64,000 bases of DNA, taken from Gemmatimonadaceae bacterium. GTDB lineage: Bacteria; Gemmatimonadota; Gemmatimonadetes; Gemmatimonadales; Gemmatimonadaceae. The stretch covers positions 16,859 to 80,858 of the forward strand of contig DATLPC010000098.1 of the NCBI GenBank assembly GCA_035535975.1, in the 5' to 3' direction. Each line of letters starts with the position of its first letter. Within the stretch, counting starts at the first letter, position 1. The notes under the pieces were generated by a model, which saw only the letters and a list, made by a program, of their open reading frames with translations, was not told where the DNA came from and ran no database searches. The position numbers and the translations under genes were made by a program. Below are positions 8,918 to 17,826 of the stretch, in pieces.

Positions 8918-9778
8918 TCAACCGCCCCCCGTCTCCTCTTCGATTACTTCTTCGAACCTTTCCCACTTCTCGTAGAAATAGAGATCCACATATCCTTTCG
9001 CGCCGTTCCGGTTTTTTCGCACAATGAGCTCGGTCGCCCCCTCGATATCGCGGCCCGGTTGATACATCTCCTCGCGGTAGAGCGCGAGGACGACGTCCGC
9101 TTGTTCGGCCAGAATGCTCGCGCCGCCGAAGTCCTCGAGGGTCGGCCGACGATCAGCTCGGGAACCCAAATGCGGAAGCGACGTGGTTGCGACCAGGGCC
9201 ACGTTCGCGTCGAGGGCGAGCGCCTTGAGGTCTCGCGCGGCGAAAGCGAGCGAATCGTCGAGTGAGCGGCCGGGCTGGAGGAAGGTGGAGAGCGGATCGA
9301 CGACCAGGAGCTGGACGTCATCCATCCCGCGAACCACCGATCCAAGCGCGGCGGCGTCCCGCGCCGCGAGGCGTTCGACGACGGGAAGGCAGTCGCGCAG
9401 GCGAAGCGCAGTAGCACCCGCCCGGCTCCGTTCCTCGTCGTCCAACGTCCCCAGGCGGAGGTCATCGATTCGCGCGCGGGCTTCCATCGCGAGGATTCGT
9501 TCGAGCACCCGCTCGCGCGTCATCTCCGCGGTGAGGAAGGCGCTTGGTTGGCCGCGCGAGGCAGCGCGGATCGCGAACGCAAGCGCGAGCGACGATTTCC
9601 CGCTCGCCGTGTCTCCGCCGAGCAGCACGAGATCGCCGCGGCGGAAGCCGCCGCCGAGCAGGCGGTCGATACTCGGAAAACCGCAGGAGATCGTTCCGGG
9701 CGACGACTGTCCGTCGCTCACCGCGTCGACGCGGGAGAGAAGGGTCGATAGCGGCGAAATGTCGGTGGTGCGTGTCAT
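8918..9778 (-). CDS. DnaB C-terminal-domain (RecA-fold) ATPase lacking the DnaB N-terminal domain
   Basis: 286 aa with GFPSIDRLLGGGFRRGDLVLLGGDTASGKSS (Walker A), LLVVDPL (Walker B-like) and the DnaB-type end ELIVRKNRNGAKGYVDLYFYEKWERFEE. Confidence 0.75.
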   Translation of the reverse strand: MTRTTDISPLSTLLSRVDAVSDGQSSPGTISCGFPSIDRLLGGGFRRGDLVLLGGDTASGKSSLALAFAIRAASRGQPSAFLTAEMTRERVLERILAMEARARIDDLRLGTLDDEERSRAGATALRLRDCLPVVERLAARDAAALGSVVRGMDDVQLLVVDPLSTFLQPGRSLDDSLAFAARDLKALALDANVALVATTSLPHLGSRADRRPTLEDFGGASILAEQADVVLALYREEMYQPGRDIEGATELIVRKNRNGAKGYVDLYFYEKWERFEEVIEEETGGG

Positions 9779-9815
9779 CGTTGTCGCTCCCAGTCGCTCA
9801 CCGACGGTACGACGA

Positions 9816-10214
9816 TCAAGCGGTCGCCGACAGCACGGTTACGAGTTGCGCGAGCTCGAGCCGTGACGCCGGGTCCAGAAAAGCTTCGACGGCTTTGACG
9901 ACACCCTTGATCGCCTCGGCGACTGCCCGCGGGTCTGTCGCCGACGCGTCAATGGAGCGCTGCAGAGCGGCGCGCGCGGGCGCCGGAAGCGCGAGTGTCG
10001 CAAGCCACGTTCTGCCGTGCGCGGCGCGGTCGGCCCTCGTCTCGGTGGAGAGACCGCGCTCGGCGAGCGTATCGTGCGCCAACCGCGCAACGACGTATGC
10101 CGCGAGCACTACCTCGCGTTGGCCTCCGAGTGGCGCGCGTCCGGCAAGGGACGCGAGGGCAGGGAAACGAAAGCTCGTCGGAGCGAGCGCGTACGGAGGC
10201 GCGGCGAGAAGCAC
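9816..10214 (-). CDS. hypothetical protein (start uncertain)
   Basis: Frame with G/C-rich third positions ending 37 nt upstream of the DnaB_C-like gene. It has no internal Met. The track start (TTG 10310) would overlap the divergent response regulator start. GTG at 10214 or 10109 is a plausible start. Confidence 0.3.
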   Translation of the reverse strand: MLLAAPPYALAPTSFRFPALASLAGRAPLGGQREVVLAAYVVARLAHDTLAERGLSTETRADRAAHGRTWLATLALPAPARAALQRSIDASATDPRAVAEAIKGVVKAVEAFLDPASRLELAQLVTVLSATA

Positions 10215-10301
10215 GGCAAAAATCTGTGCTCTTACTCGAACCGCCGGAAGCCGCAGCCCGAATAGGACGGACCCGCGAGGCTCGTGCTGTATATTTCCGC
10301 C

Positions 10302-11864
10302 ATGGCGCAACCGGCGAAATCCGTACTCTGGGTAGATGACGAGGCGGAGCTACTGGAGCCTCATCGCATGTTCTTGCGAGACAAAGGCTTCGAGGTCGAA
10401 ACGGCCACCAACGCCGAAGACGCGGTTGCTCTCGTTCGCCGCCGTCCGTTCAACCTGGTTCTGCTCGACGAGCAGATGCCCGGCAAACGTGGCATGGAGG
10501 CGTTCCACGAGCTTCGCGAAGCAGATCCGAACGTCGCCATCGTCATGGTCACGAAGAGTGAAGAAGACTCGACGATGACGGAGGCGATCGGCGCGGCGCT
10601 CGAAGGCTACCTCGTAAAGCCCGTCACGCCGCGGCAGGTCTACGCGGCCATCACGCGACTCCTCGATGGCGCGAAGATCCGGCAACAGGCCATCGCACGC
10701 CAGTTCGTCGATCGATTCCGACAGCTCCAGACGGAACCGATTCGCGGCATGGGCTGGCGCCAATGGGTCGATCGGTTCGCCGAGCTCACGCGCTGGGACT
10801 TGGATCTCGTCGGCGCCAATGAGACGGGACTCCACGAGTCACTGCAAGGACTCTATCCCGATCTCCGGCGCGAATTCGCCTTGTACATCAAGACGGCGTA
10901 TCCGCAATGGCTGCGCGATCTCGAGGGCGATCGTCCGCCGCTGTCGATCGACATCGTACCCGAATTCCTGCTGCCAATCCTCAAGACCGATAAGCAGGCG
11001 ATCTTCATCGTCATCGACTGCATGCGGCTCGACCAGTGGCGCTCGCTCGAGCCGACGGTCGCGCAGATGTTCGACGTCGAGACCACCCACTATTTCAGCG
11101 TGCTCCCCACGGCGACACCCTATTCGCGCAATGCGCTGTTCAGTGGGTTGTTTCCGGGCGAGATCGCCGCGCGCTTTCCCGACTGGTGGGGTGAACGCGA
11201 GGACGAAACGCTCAACGCTCACGAGCGCGACCTGCTCGAAGCGCAGATTTCCGAGCTCAAGCTCTCGATCCCGGTTCGGTACGAGAAGGTGTCCACCGCC
11301 GCCGAAGGCGACGACATCGAGCGGCGACTGGCGCGCGTCATCGCGCCGGAAGGCATCTCGGCGTTCGTGTTCAACTTCGTCGACCTGCTGACGCACGGTC
11401 GCTCGGAATCGGCGATCCTCTACGAGGTCGCGCGCGATGAGATCGCCCTCCGGCAGCTCACCCAGCAGTGGTTCCGACGATCGGCGCTGTACTCGGTGCT
11501 GCAGGAGGCGGCGCGACGCAAGGTGAAGGTGCTCGTCACGAGCGATCATGGCTCGATCCACTGCCGAACGCCGGCCACCGTCTTCGCGAAACGCGACGCG
11601 ACGCAGAACCTTCGCTACAAATTCGGCGAAGACCTCCGCGCCGAGAATCCCGAACAAGGCCTCCTGTTCAAGAACGAGGATTTGCTCCGGCTGCCGCGTC
11701 GTGGGCTCGGGGCCAACACGCTGCTGGCGACGGGCGATTCGTTCTTCGTCTATCCGACAAAGCTGCGCGAGTACCAGAGCCGCTATCGCGGCTCGTTCTT
11801 GCACGGCGGCGTGACGCCGGAGGAGTGCATTCTTCCGGTCGCGCTCCTCACGCCGCGACGCTGA
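10302..11864 (+). CDS. PorX-like response regulator: receiver domain fused to a PglZ/alkaline-phosphatase-superfamily domain
   Basis: N-terminus VLWVDDEAELLEPHRMFLRDKGFEV...LVLLDEQMPG (CheY-like). C-terminal half has AIFIVIDCMRLDQW, LFSGLFP and VTSDHGS, typical of PglZ/AP-superfamily metal sites. ATG at 10302 chosen over the upstream GTG at 10284. Confidence 0.8.
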   Translation: MAQPAKSVLWVDDEAELLEPHRMFLRDKGFEVETATNAEDAVALVRRRPFNLVLLDEQMPGKRGMEAFHELREADPNVAIVMVTKSEEDSTMTEAIGAALEGYLVKPVTPRQVYAAITRLLDGAKIRQQAIARQFVDRFRQLQTEPIRGMGWRQWVDRFAELTRWDLDLVGANETGLHESLQGLYPDLRREFALYIKTAYPQWLRDLEGDRPPLSIDIVPEFLLPILKTDKQAIFIVIDCMRLDQWRSLEPTVAQMFDVETTHYFSVLPTATPYSRNALFSGLFPGEIAARFPDWWGEREDETLNAHERDLLEAQISELKLSIPVRYEKVSTAAEGDDIERRLARVIAPEGISAFVFNFVDLLTHGRSESAILYEVARDEIALRQLTQQWFRRSALYSVLQEAARRKVKVLVTSDHGSIHCRTPATVFAKRDATQNLRYKFGEDLRAENPEQGLLFKNEDLLRLPRRGLGANTLLATGDSFFVYPTKLREYQSRYRGSFLHGGVTPEECILPVALLTPRR

Positions 11865-11868
11865 GCCG

Positions 11869-13749
11869 ATGGGCGCGCCGATCATGTCCGCTCGACCCGG
11901 CTCCAAGCGCGCGTTCGCCGACTACCGGCGCCTGCTCGAGTTCCTGCGCCCGCACTGGTGGCGCATGGCGGGCAACGTCGCGTTCAACGTCATCGCGGCG
12001 GCGCTGAACACCTTCGTGTTCACGCTGCTCATGCCCTTCCAGAACGAGATCTTCAACAAGGACAAGTTGATCTCGGTGGGAGGCTGGCTCGGCGGATTGC
12101 AGCAGCGCCTGATCGGCCCATTCGTCGACTCGACGACCGATCGCCTCGGCACGCTCAAGGTGATCATGATCGCGATCGTCGTCATCGTGCTGATCAAGAA
12201 CCTGTTCCAATGGCTCGCCGGGCAGCTCGGCGCGTCGCTCCAGGAATACGTGACGCGCGACCTCCGCGACCGCGTCTTCCGCCACATGCAACGGCTGCCG
12301 CTCGGCTACTTCCACAGCACGAAGGTCGGGCAGATCCTCACGCGGATCCTGAACGACACCGATCAGACCAAGACGCTGATCACCGAGCTGGTGACCAAGA
12401 CGGTTCAGAACGGCGCGACGGTGTTGACGACCGTGATCACACTTCTGGCGCTCTCACCGCGTCTCACTCTGCTGTCGCTCGTCATTGCTCCGCTGCTCAC
12501 CCTCACGCTCCAGCCGATCCTGCGGAAGCTCCGCCGCGGGCATCGCCGGCTGCGCAACGAATACGGCGAGATCACCAGCGTGCTGCAGGAGGTAGTGAGC
12601 GGCATTCGCCTCGTGAAATCGTTCGGCGGCGAGCGGTACGAGGACGGACGGTTCACCGGCGCCAGCCACGAGTATTCGCGCGGCATGGTGCGGATCACGC
12701 GAGTGTCCCTCCTTTCGCAGCCGCTCACCGAGATCATCGGCACCTCGATCGCCGTGATCATCCTCTGGATCGGGGCGCAGGCGGTGATTCGTCCGGGGTC
12801 CGGCCTCGATGCTGCAACGCTGATCACGTTCATGATTCTCGTGATGCAGCTATTGCCGCCGCTCAAACAGCTTTCTCAGACGCCGACCACCGCGCAGCAG
12901 GCGATGGCCGCGGCCGAGCGACTGTTCGACGTCCTCGACCGCGAGACCGAAGCGGAGCGTGACAGTGGGACCCGCGTGATCGACCGTTTCGACCGCTCGG
13001 TCGAGTACGACGGGGTGTCCTTCGCGTACGAGACGGAGCCCGTCCTGCGTGACATCAGCTTCCGCGCGGCGAAGGGCGACGTCGTCGCGCTCGTCGGCGC
13101 CAGCGGCGCCGGCAAGAGCACGCTCGTCGACTTGCTTCCGCGCTTCTATGAGCCCACGGCCGGCCGGATTCTCATCGACGACATCGACACGCGCCAAATC
13201 ACGCTCACGTCGCTGCGATCGCTGACGGGCATCGTCAGCCAGGACACCGTGTTGTTCAACGACTCGGTTCGCAACAACATCGCGTACGGCGCCGCCGGCA
13301 AGTTCACCGACGTGCAGATCGAGCGAGCGGCCCGGGCCGCCAACGCGCACGACTTCATCGCCGCGCTTCCCAATGGCTACGACACCGTTCTCGGCGAACG
13401 AGGCACACGATTGTCGGGCGGCCAACGCCAGAGGATCGCCATCGCGAGAGCACTGCTCGTCGATCCGCCGATTTTGATTCTCGACGAAGCCACATCGGCG
13501 CTCGACACCGAGTCGGAGCGCCTCGTGCAGGAGGCCGTCGACCGGCTCCTCGCGGGACGCACGGTGTTCGTGATCGCGCACCGGCTTTCCACGATCGTCC
13601 ACGCCGATCTCATCCTCGTTCTCGATCGAGGCCGCATCGTCGAGCGCGGCACGCACATGGAGCTCCTCGCCGAGCGCGGAACGTACTTCCGTCTCCATTC
13701 GTTGCAGTTCGGCGAAGCGGATGCCGCGGAACGCGTCGGCACCGCCTGA
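11869..13749 (+). CDS. ABC exporter, fused permease/ATPase (MsbA-like lipid A/lipid flippase family)
   Basis: 626 aa with six N-terminal TM segments. Walker A GASGAGKST, signature LSGGQRQR, Walker B ILILDEATSALD. Followed by a glycosyltransferase and a lipid A acyltransferase. Confidence 0.85.
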   Translation: MGAPIMSARPGSKRAFADYRRLLEFLRPHWWRMAGNVAFNVIAAALNTFVFTLLMPFQNEIFNKDKLISVGGWLGGLQQRLIGPFVDSTTDRLGTLKVIMIAIVVIVLIKNLFQWLAGQLGASLQEYVTRDLRDRVFRHMQRLPLGYFHSTKVGQILTRILNDTDQTKTLITELVTKTVQNGATVLTTVITLLALSPRLTLLSLVIAPLLTLTLQPILRKLRRGHRRLRNEYGEITSVLQEVVSGIRLVKSFGGERYEDGRFTGASHEYSRGMVRITRVSLLSQPLTEIIGTSIAVIILWIGAQAVIRPGSGLDAATLITFMILVMQLLPPLKQLSQTPTTAQQAMAAAERLFDVLDRETEAERDSGTRVIDRFDRSVEYDGVSFAYETEPVLRDISFRAAKGDVVALVGASGAGKSTLVDLLPRFYEPTAGRILIDDIDTRQITLTSLRSLTGIVSQDTVLFNDSVRNNIAYGAAGKFTDVQIERAARAANAHDFIAALPNGYDTVLGERGTRLSGGQRQRIAIARALLVDPPILILDEATSALDTESERLVQEAVDRLLAGRTVFVIAHRLSTIVHADLILVLDRGRIVERGTHMELLAERGTYFRLHSLQFGEADAAERVGTA

Positions 13750-13752
13750 TCG

Positions 13753-14850
13753 ATGCGCACTCTCTTCTATCTCAGCGACAGCGCATGGTCGGGCTGTGCT
13801 CGATTTCTTCTCGCCGCGGCGACCGAGCTCCGTGCCCGCGGCGTCGAGACGACGATCGCCTGCTGCGCCGACACGCGGCTTGCCGCGTGGGGCGCCGAGA
13901 GTGGAATCGACGTCGTCGAGATCAATGGAAAGGCGTCGACGCCGGGCGGCGCATGGGATCTTCGGCCCATCTTGAACGAGCGCGGCGTCGAAGTCGTGCT
14001 GGTCACGACGCAGCGCGACCAATTGCTGACGAGCTCCGCGAAATTGTTTGGCGGAAGAATCCCCGTGCTGCGGCGCGTTCCGCCATTCGGCCGCGTCGAC
14101 CTGACGCGCGGCGGCAAGCTCGCCCTCAGAATGGCGGCCGCGGGATTGATCTTCACCACGGAAAAGGAAGCCAAGGAAGCGCACGGAGCCGGCTGGACGA
14201 TTCCGAACGCCGTGGTGCCGCTCGGCGTCGACAGCGCCTCCTACGACGAGGCCCAACCGATCGCGCGCGCCGAGATCGACGCGCCGCCCGAAGGCGTTCT
14301 GATCGCGTGTCCGTACGAGCGCTCCGGTCGGAACCGCATCGCGACGCTTTTCCGCACGCTGTCGCTCGTCGTCCCGCGGCACCGCGACATGCACGCGGTC
14401 GTGTTCGGGCCCGGCTCGCTCGACGACGAGCTTCGGTTGCATGCCGCGGCGCTCGGTGTCAGCTCGGCGATCACGTTCCTTGGCGACATCGACGCGCCGT
14501 TGCCGGTGATGCGCGCCGCGAATGTCGTGTGGGCAGTCGCCGACGGCGACGGCGGTGCGTTCGCCTGCCTCGACGCGATGGGACTTCGCCTGCCGGTGAT
14601 CGCCGAGCGAACGGTACTCTATCAGCACTACGTGGCTGACGGGATTACGGGACTCCTCCTGTCACCGGCCGACCCGGCGACGACCGCGTCGAACGTCGCC
14701 GCCTTCATCGCCAACGATGAGAAGTGTCGCTCGATGGGGAACGCCGGGCGCGCGCGCGCGCAGCGGGATTTCCCCGAGACATCGATGGTCACGGCTCTCG
14801 AGCAGGCGTTGGCCGCGGCGGTATCCGGCTCGAGCAAGGTGACGCAGTGA
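13753..14850 (+). CDS. GT4-family (group 1) glycosyltransferase
   Basis: 365 aa with GT-B fold hallmarks in the C-terminal half (FLGDIDAPLPVMRAANVVW..., LDAMGLRLPVIA...). Tightly linked to the exporter and acyltransferase. Confidence 0.7.
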   Translation: MRTLFYLSDSAWSGCARFLLAAATELRARGVETTIACCADTRLAAWGAESGIDVVEINGKASTPGGAWDLRPILNERGVEVVLVTTQRDQLLTSSAKLFGGRIPVLRRVPPFGRVDLTRGGKLALRMAAAGLIFTTEKEAKEAHGAGWTIPNAVVPLGVDSASYDEAQPIARAEIDAPPEGVLIACPYERSGRNRIATLFRTLSLVVPRHRDMHAVVFGPGSLDDELRLHAAALGVSSAITFLGDIDAPLPVMRAANVVWAVADGDGGAFACLDAMGLRLPVIAERTVLYQHYVADGITGLLLSPADPATTASNVAAFIANDEKCRSMGNAGRARAQRDFPETSMVTALEQALAAAVSGSSKVTQ

Positions 14851-14852
14851 GC

Positions 14853-15788
14853 ATGGCGGACGCGATCCACCCGTCGCTCGCTCACCGCGCGGAATACGCC
14901 GCGCTCCGCAGCGCGGTCGCCGCGGTCGAGCGGCTCAGCTTCAAGCGCGCCGGCACGATCGGCGAGCGCATCGGACGCTTGGGGTACTCGCCGATCGGCA
15001 TCAGGCGCGCGGTGGTCGAGCGACAGCTGTCCGCGGCGTTTCCGGACAAGAGCGCGGACGAGATCGCGACGATCGCGCGCGCCGCGTACGGACACCTCGG
15101 CCGAACGAGCATCGAGACGGCGATCCTTCCGTCGTACAGCGCCGAGCAAATCGTCCAGCTGTTCGAGGAAGTGAATGGATGGAACATCGTCGAGGAGCGG
15201 CTGGCGCGCGGGCGCGGTCTGATCGTCGTCACCGGTCACCTCGGCAACTGGGAGTTGGGCGGCGCGTACCTCGCCGCGCGCGGGCTTCCGATCGACGCCG
15301 TCGCGCGCCACATGGCCAATCCATTGTTCGACCGCTATCTCACGAGCACGCGGCATCGAATCGGGATGACGGTGGTGCACGACGAAGATGCGGTCCGGCG
15401 CGTCCCGCGGTCGTTGCGCGACGGCCGCGCGGTAGCGTTTCTCGTCGATCAGGGCGCGGTGGGACTCGCGTCGACGTGGGTGCCGTTTTTCGGCCGCTAC
15501 GCGAAGACGCCGCGCGGCCCGGCGGTGTTCGCCCTCCGGCTCAATTCACCGGTCGTCTTCGGCGCGGCGATTCGCCGGCCCTCCGGGCGCTATCGCCTGA
15601 CCTTCGAGCCGATCGACGTCGTCGACACGGGCGATCGCGAGGCCGACGTCGACCGCATCGTCGCCGACTACACGCTCGCGCTCGAGCGCTGGGTGCGACG
15701 CGTGCCCGAGCAGTATTTCTGGCATCACCGGCGCTGGAAGCATCAGCGCCCGGGCACGCCGCGCGAGCTGGGAGATCCGCTGCTGTGA
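14853..15788 (+). CDS. lysophospholipid/lipid A biosynthesis acyltransferase (LpxL/HtrB family)
   Basis: The internal ATG at 14853 lies 2 nt after the GT stop. Protein MADAIHPSLAHRAEYAAL... contains VVTGHLGNWELGG, the HX4D-type acyltransferase motif region of the LpxL family. Confidence 0.75.
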   Translation: MADAIHPSLAHRAEYAALRSAVAAVERLSFKRAGTIGERIGRLGYSPIGIRRAVVERQLSAAFPDKSADEIATIARAAYGHLGRTSIETAILPSYSAEQIVQLFEEVNGWNIVEERLARGRGLIVVTGHLGNWELGGAYLAARGLPIDAVARHMANPLFDRYLTSTRHRIGMTVVHDEDAVRRVPRSLRDGRAVAFLVDQGAVGLASTWVPFFGRYAKTPRGPAVFALRLNSPVVFGAAIRRPSGRYRLTFEPIDVVDTGDREADVDRIVADYTLALERWVRRVPEQYFWHHRRWKHQRPGTPRELGDPLL

Positions 15789-16666
15789 GCCGCGCCACGC
15801 AACGCCTCGGCTCCGATCGGCGAGCCTGGTTCGGTGGCGGCACGATCGTTCTGCTCGCGCTCATGGCGCTCGCCGCACCGCTCGTTGCCGGCCACGACCC
15901 GTTCGGCATCGATCTCATCAACTCGCTGCAGCCGCCGTCGCCGCAACACTGGTTCGGCACCGACATCCAGGGGCGCGACGTGTGGGCCAGGCTCGTGTAC
16001 GGCGCGCGCGTTTCGCTCTCCGTCGGGATCATCTCGCAGGGCATCGCGCTGTCGCTCGGCGTGATCCTCGGCTTGCTGTCCGGCTATTACGGGAAATGGG
16101 TCGACGAGCTCGTGATGCGCCTCGCCGACGTCACGCTGGCCTTTCCGACGCTGCTCTTGCTGATCGCGCTCGTCGCGGCTCTCCAGCCTTCGCTTCCCGT
16201 GGTGTTCGCGACGATCGGACTCGTCGGCTGGGCGGGGATGGCACGCCTGGTTCGCGGGCAGGTGCTCGTGGTGCGCGAGCTGGAGTTCGTGCAGGCCGAG
16301 CAAGCGCTCGGCGCCGGCGACATCAGAATTCTCATACGGCACATTCTCCCGAGCGTGGTCGCGCCGGTCGTCATCGCCGCCACACTCGGCGTGGCCGGCG
16401 CGATCATGGCCGAGTCGTCGCTCTCGTTCCTCGGCCTCGGCGTCCAGCCACCGACGCCGAGCTGGGGCGCGATGATCGCCGACGGCCGCGATCTCTATCA
16501 GCTGCGACACGCGCCGTGGACGTCGGTCTTCCCGGGCCTGGCCATCGGAGCCGCGGTCCTCGGTTTCAACTTGCTCGGCGACGCGCTGCGTGACGCGCTC
16601 GACCCGCGCGCCGTGCGCGCCGCGATACCCCGGGGCGCCGGCCTTCCTGACATCGCCCGCCCATGA
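15785..16666 (+). CDS. ABC peptide-type transporter permease (DppC/OppC family), orphan
   Basis: GTG at 15785 overlaps the acyltransferase stop (GTGA). HWFGTDIQGRDVWARLVYGARVSL and the EAA-loop region EFVQAEQALGAGDIRILIRHILP are typical of DppC/OppC. No DppA/B/D/F genes are nearby. Confidence 0.85.
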   Translation: MSRATQRLGSDRRAWFGGGTIVLLALMALAAPLVAGHDPFGIDLINSLQPPSPQHWFGTDIQGRDVWARLVYGARVSLSVGIISQGIALSLGVILGLLSGYYGKWVDELVMRLADVTLAFPTLLLLIALVAALQPSLPVVFATIGLVGWAGMARLVRGQVLVVRELEFVQAEQALGAGDIRILIRHILPSVVAPVVIAATLGVAGAIMAESSLSFLGLGVQPPTPSWGAMIADGRDLYQLRHAPWTSVFPGLAIGAAVLGFNLLGDALRDALDPRAVRAAIPRGAGLPDIARP

Positions 16667-17814
16667 GCTACGACGTCGAGGCATTGCGCCGAACGGAGTT
16701 TCCGCGGCTACTCGCTGAAGACATCATCTATTTCAACAACGCGTCGACGGGTCCGCTGCCGCGCCGCACCGAAGAGACTGTCGCCGACTGGGCGCGACAC
16801 CGCGCCGTGCCGCATCGCATCTCACAGGAGATGGAGTTCGGTACGCTGGAGGTGGGACGCCAGCTGATTGCGGAGCTGATCGGCGCGCACGAGTCGGAGA
16901 TCGCGATGGCGACCAACACGACCTTCGGGCTCAATCTCGCGGCGTTTTCGCTGCCGCTCGAGCGCGGCGATGTCGTCCTCTCGCCCGATCGTGAGTTCCC
17001 GGCGAATGTCTACCCGTGGATGCAGCTCGCCGCGCGGCGCGGAATCGAGTATCGACGCCTGCCGTGCGACGACGGTCCGCTCGACGTCGCGCGTTTGTCG
17101 CGCGAGCTCGAGGACGATCGCGTTCGCGCCGTGACCGTATCGTGGGTGCAGTTCGCGTCGGGCGCGCGCGTCGACCTCGCCGCGCTGGGAAGGCTTTGCC
17201 GGGAGCGCGGCGTGTACTTCGTCGTCGATGCCATCCAGGGTCTCGGTCCGCTCACGCTCGACCTTCGCTCGTCGCCCGTCGACATCCTCGCCTGCGGCGC
17301 GCAGAAGTGGCTCCTTTCGCCGTGGGGCGCCGGCTTCGTCTACGTGAGACGCGACCTGGTGCAGCAGCTCCAGCCGCACGACGTCAGCTGGCTCGCCGTT
17401 CGCGGCTCCGACGATTTCACGCGCCTCACCGACTACGACCTCACCTGGCGCGACGACGCGAGGAAATTCGAGTTCATCACGCTCCCCTACCAGGAATTCG
17501 CGGCGATGAACGCGACGCTCGAGCTGATCCAGGAACTGGGTGCGGCGAACGTCGCCGCCTATAGCCAGTCCCTCGCCGACCGGATCGTCGAATGGGCCTG
17601 CGCGCGGAGCGACGTGACCCTCGTGACGCCGTCCAAACCGGGCCAGTACGCGTCCGTCGTGTCGGTTCGACCTTCCGATGCCGCCGCCGCGAGCGCGCGA
17701 CTCTCGGCAGCCGGCGTCGTGCATTCGTTCCGGGAGGGAGGAATTCGGTTGTCGCCCTACTTCTACAACACCGTCGAGGAGATCGATCGGGCGCTCGCGA
17801 TTATCGGCGCGTGA
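16663..17814 (+). CDS. class V aminotransferase-fold PLP enzyme (cysteine desulfurase/IscS-like family)
   Basis: 383 aa. IYFNNASTGPLP, AVTVSWVQFASG and FVVDAIQGLG...ACGAQKWLLSPWG are motifs typical of class V enzymes. ATGA overlap with the upstream permease. Confidence 0.8.
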   Translation: MSYDVEALRRTEFPRLLAEDIIYFNNASTGPLPRRTEETVADWARHRAVPHRISQEMEFGTLEVGRQLIAELIGAHESEIAMATNTTFGLNLAAFSLPLERGDVVLSPDREFPANVYPWMQLAARRGIEYRRLPCDDGPLDVARLSRELEDDRVRAVTVSWVQFASGARVDLAALGRLCRERGVYFVVDAIQGLGPLTLDLRSSPVDILACGAQKWLLSPWGAGFVYVRRDLVQQLQPHDVSWLAVRGSDDFTRLTDYDLTWRDDARKFEFITLPYQEFAAMNATLELIQELGAANVAAYSQSLADRIVEWACARSDVTLVTPSKPGQYASVVSVRPSDAAAASARLSAAGVVHSFREGGIRLSPYFYNTVEEIDRALAIIGA

Positions 17815-17826
17815 ATCCCCGCCGGC

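Noticed and set aside
8616-8966. 117-codon N-terminal extension of the YebC-family ORF (366-aa version)
   Set aside because: The canonical family N-terminus MAGHSKWKQ begins at the internal Met. The extension is Arg-rich and runs through the inverted-repeat/iteron region.
10302-11864. The PglZ domain as a sign of a BREX/DISARM-type phage defence island
   Set aside because: PglZ is fused here to a CheY receiver (PorX-type architecture). None of the BREX partners (PglX methylase, BrxC ATPase, BrxL, BrxA/B) is nearby, and the neighbours are LPS biogenesis genes.
15179-16666. 495-aa ORF treated as one gene
   Set aside because: The first 200 codons overlap the LpxL-family gene in another frame and are Arg-rich. 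The DppC-like sequence begins at the GTG at 15785.
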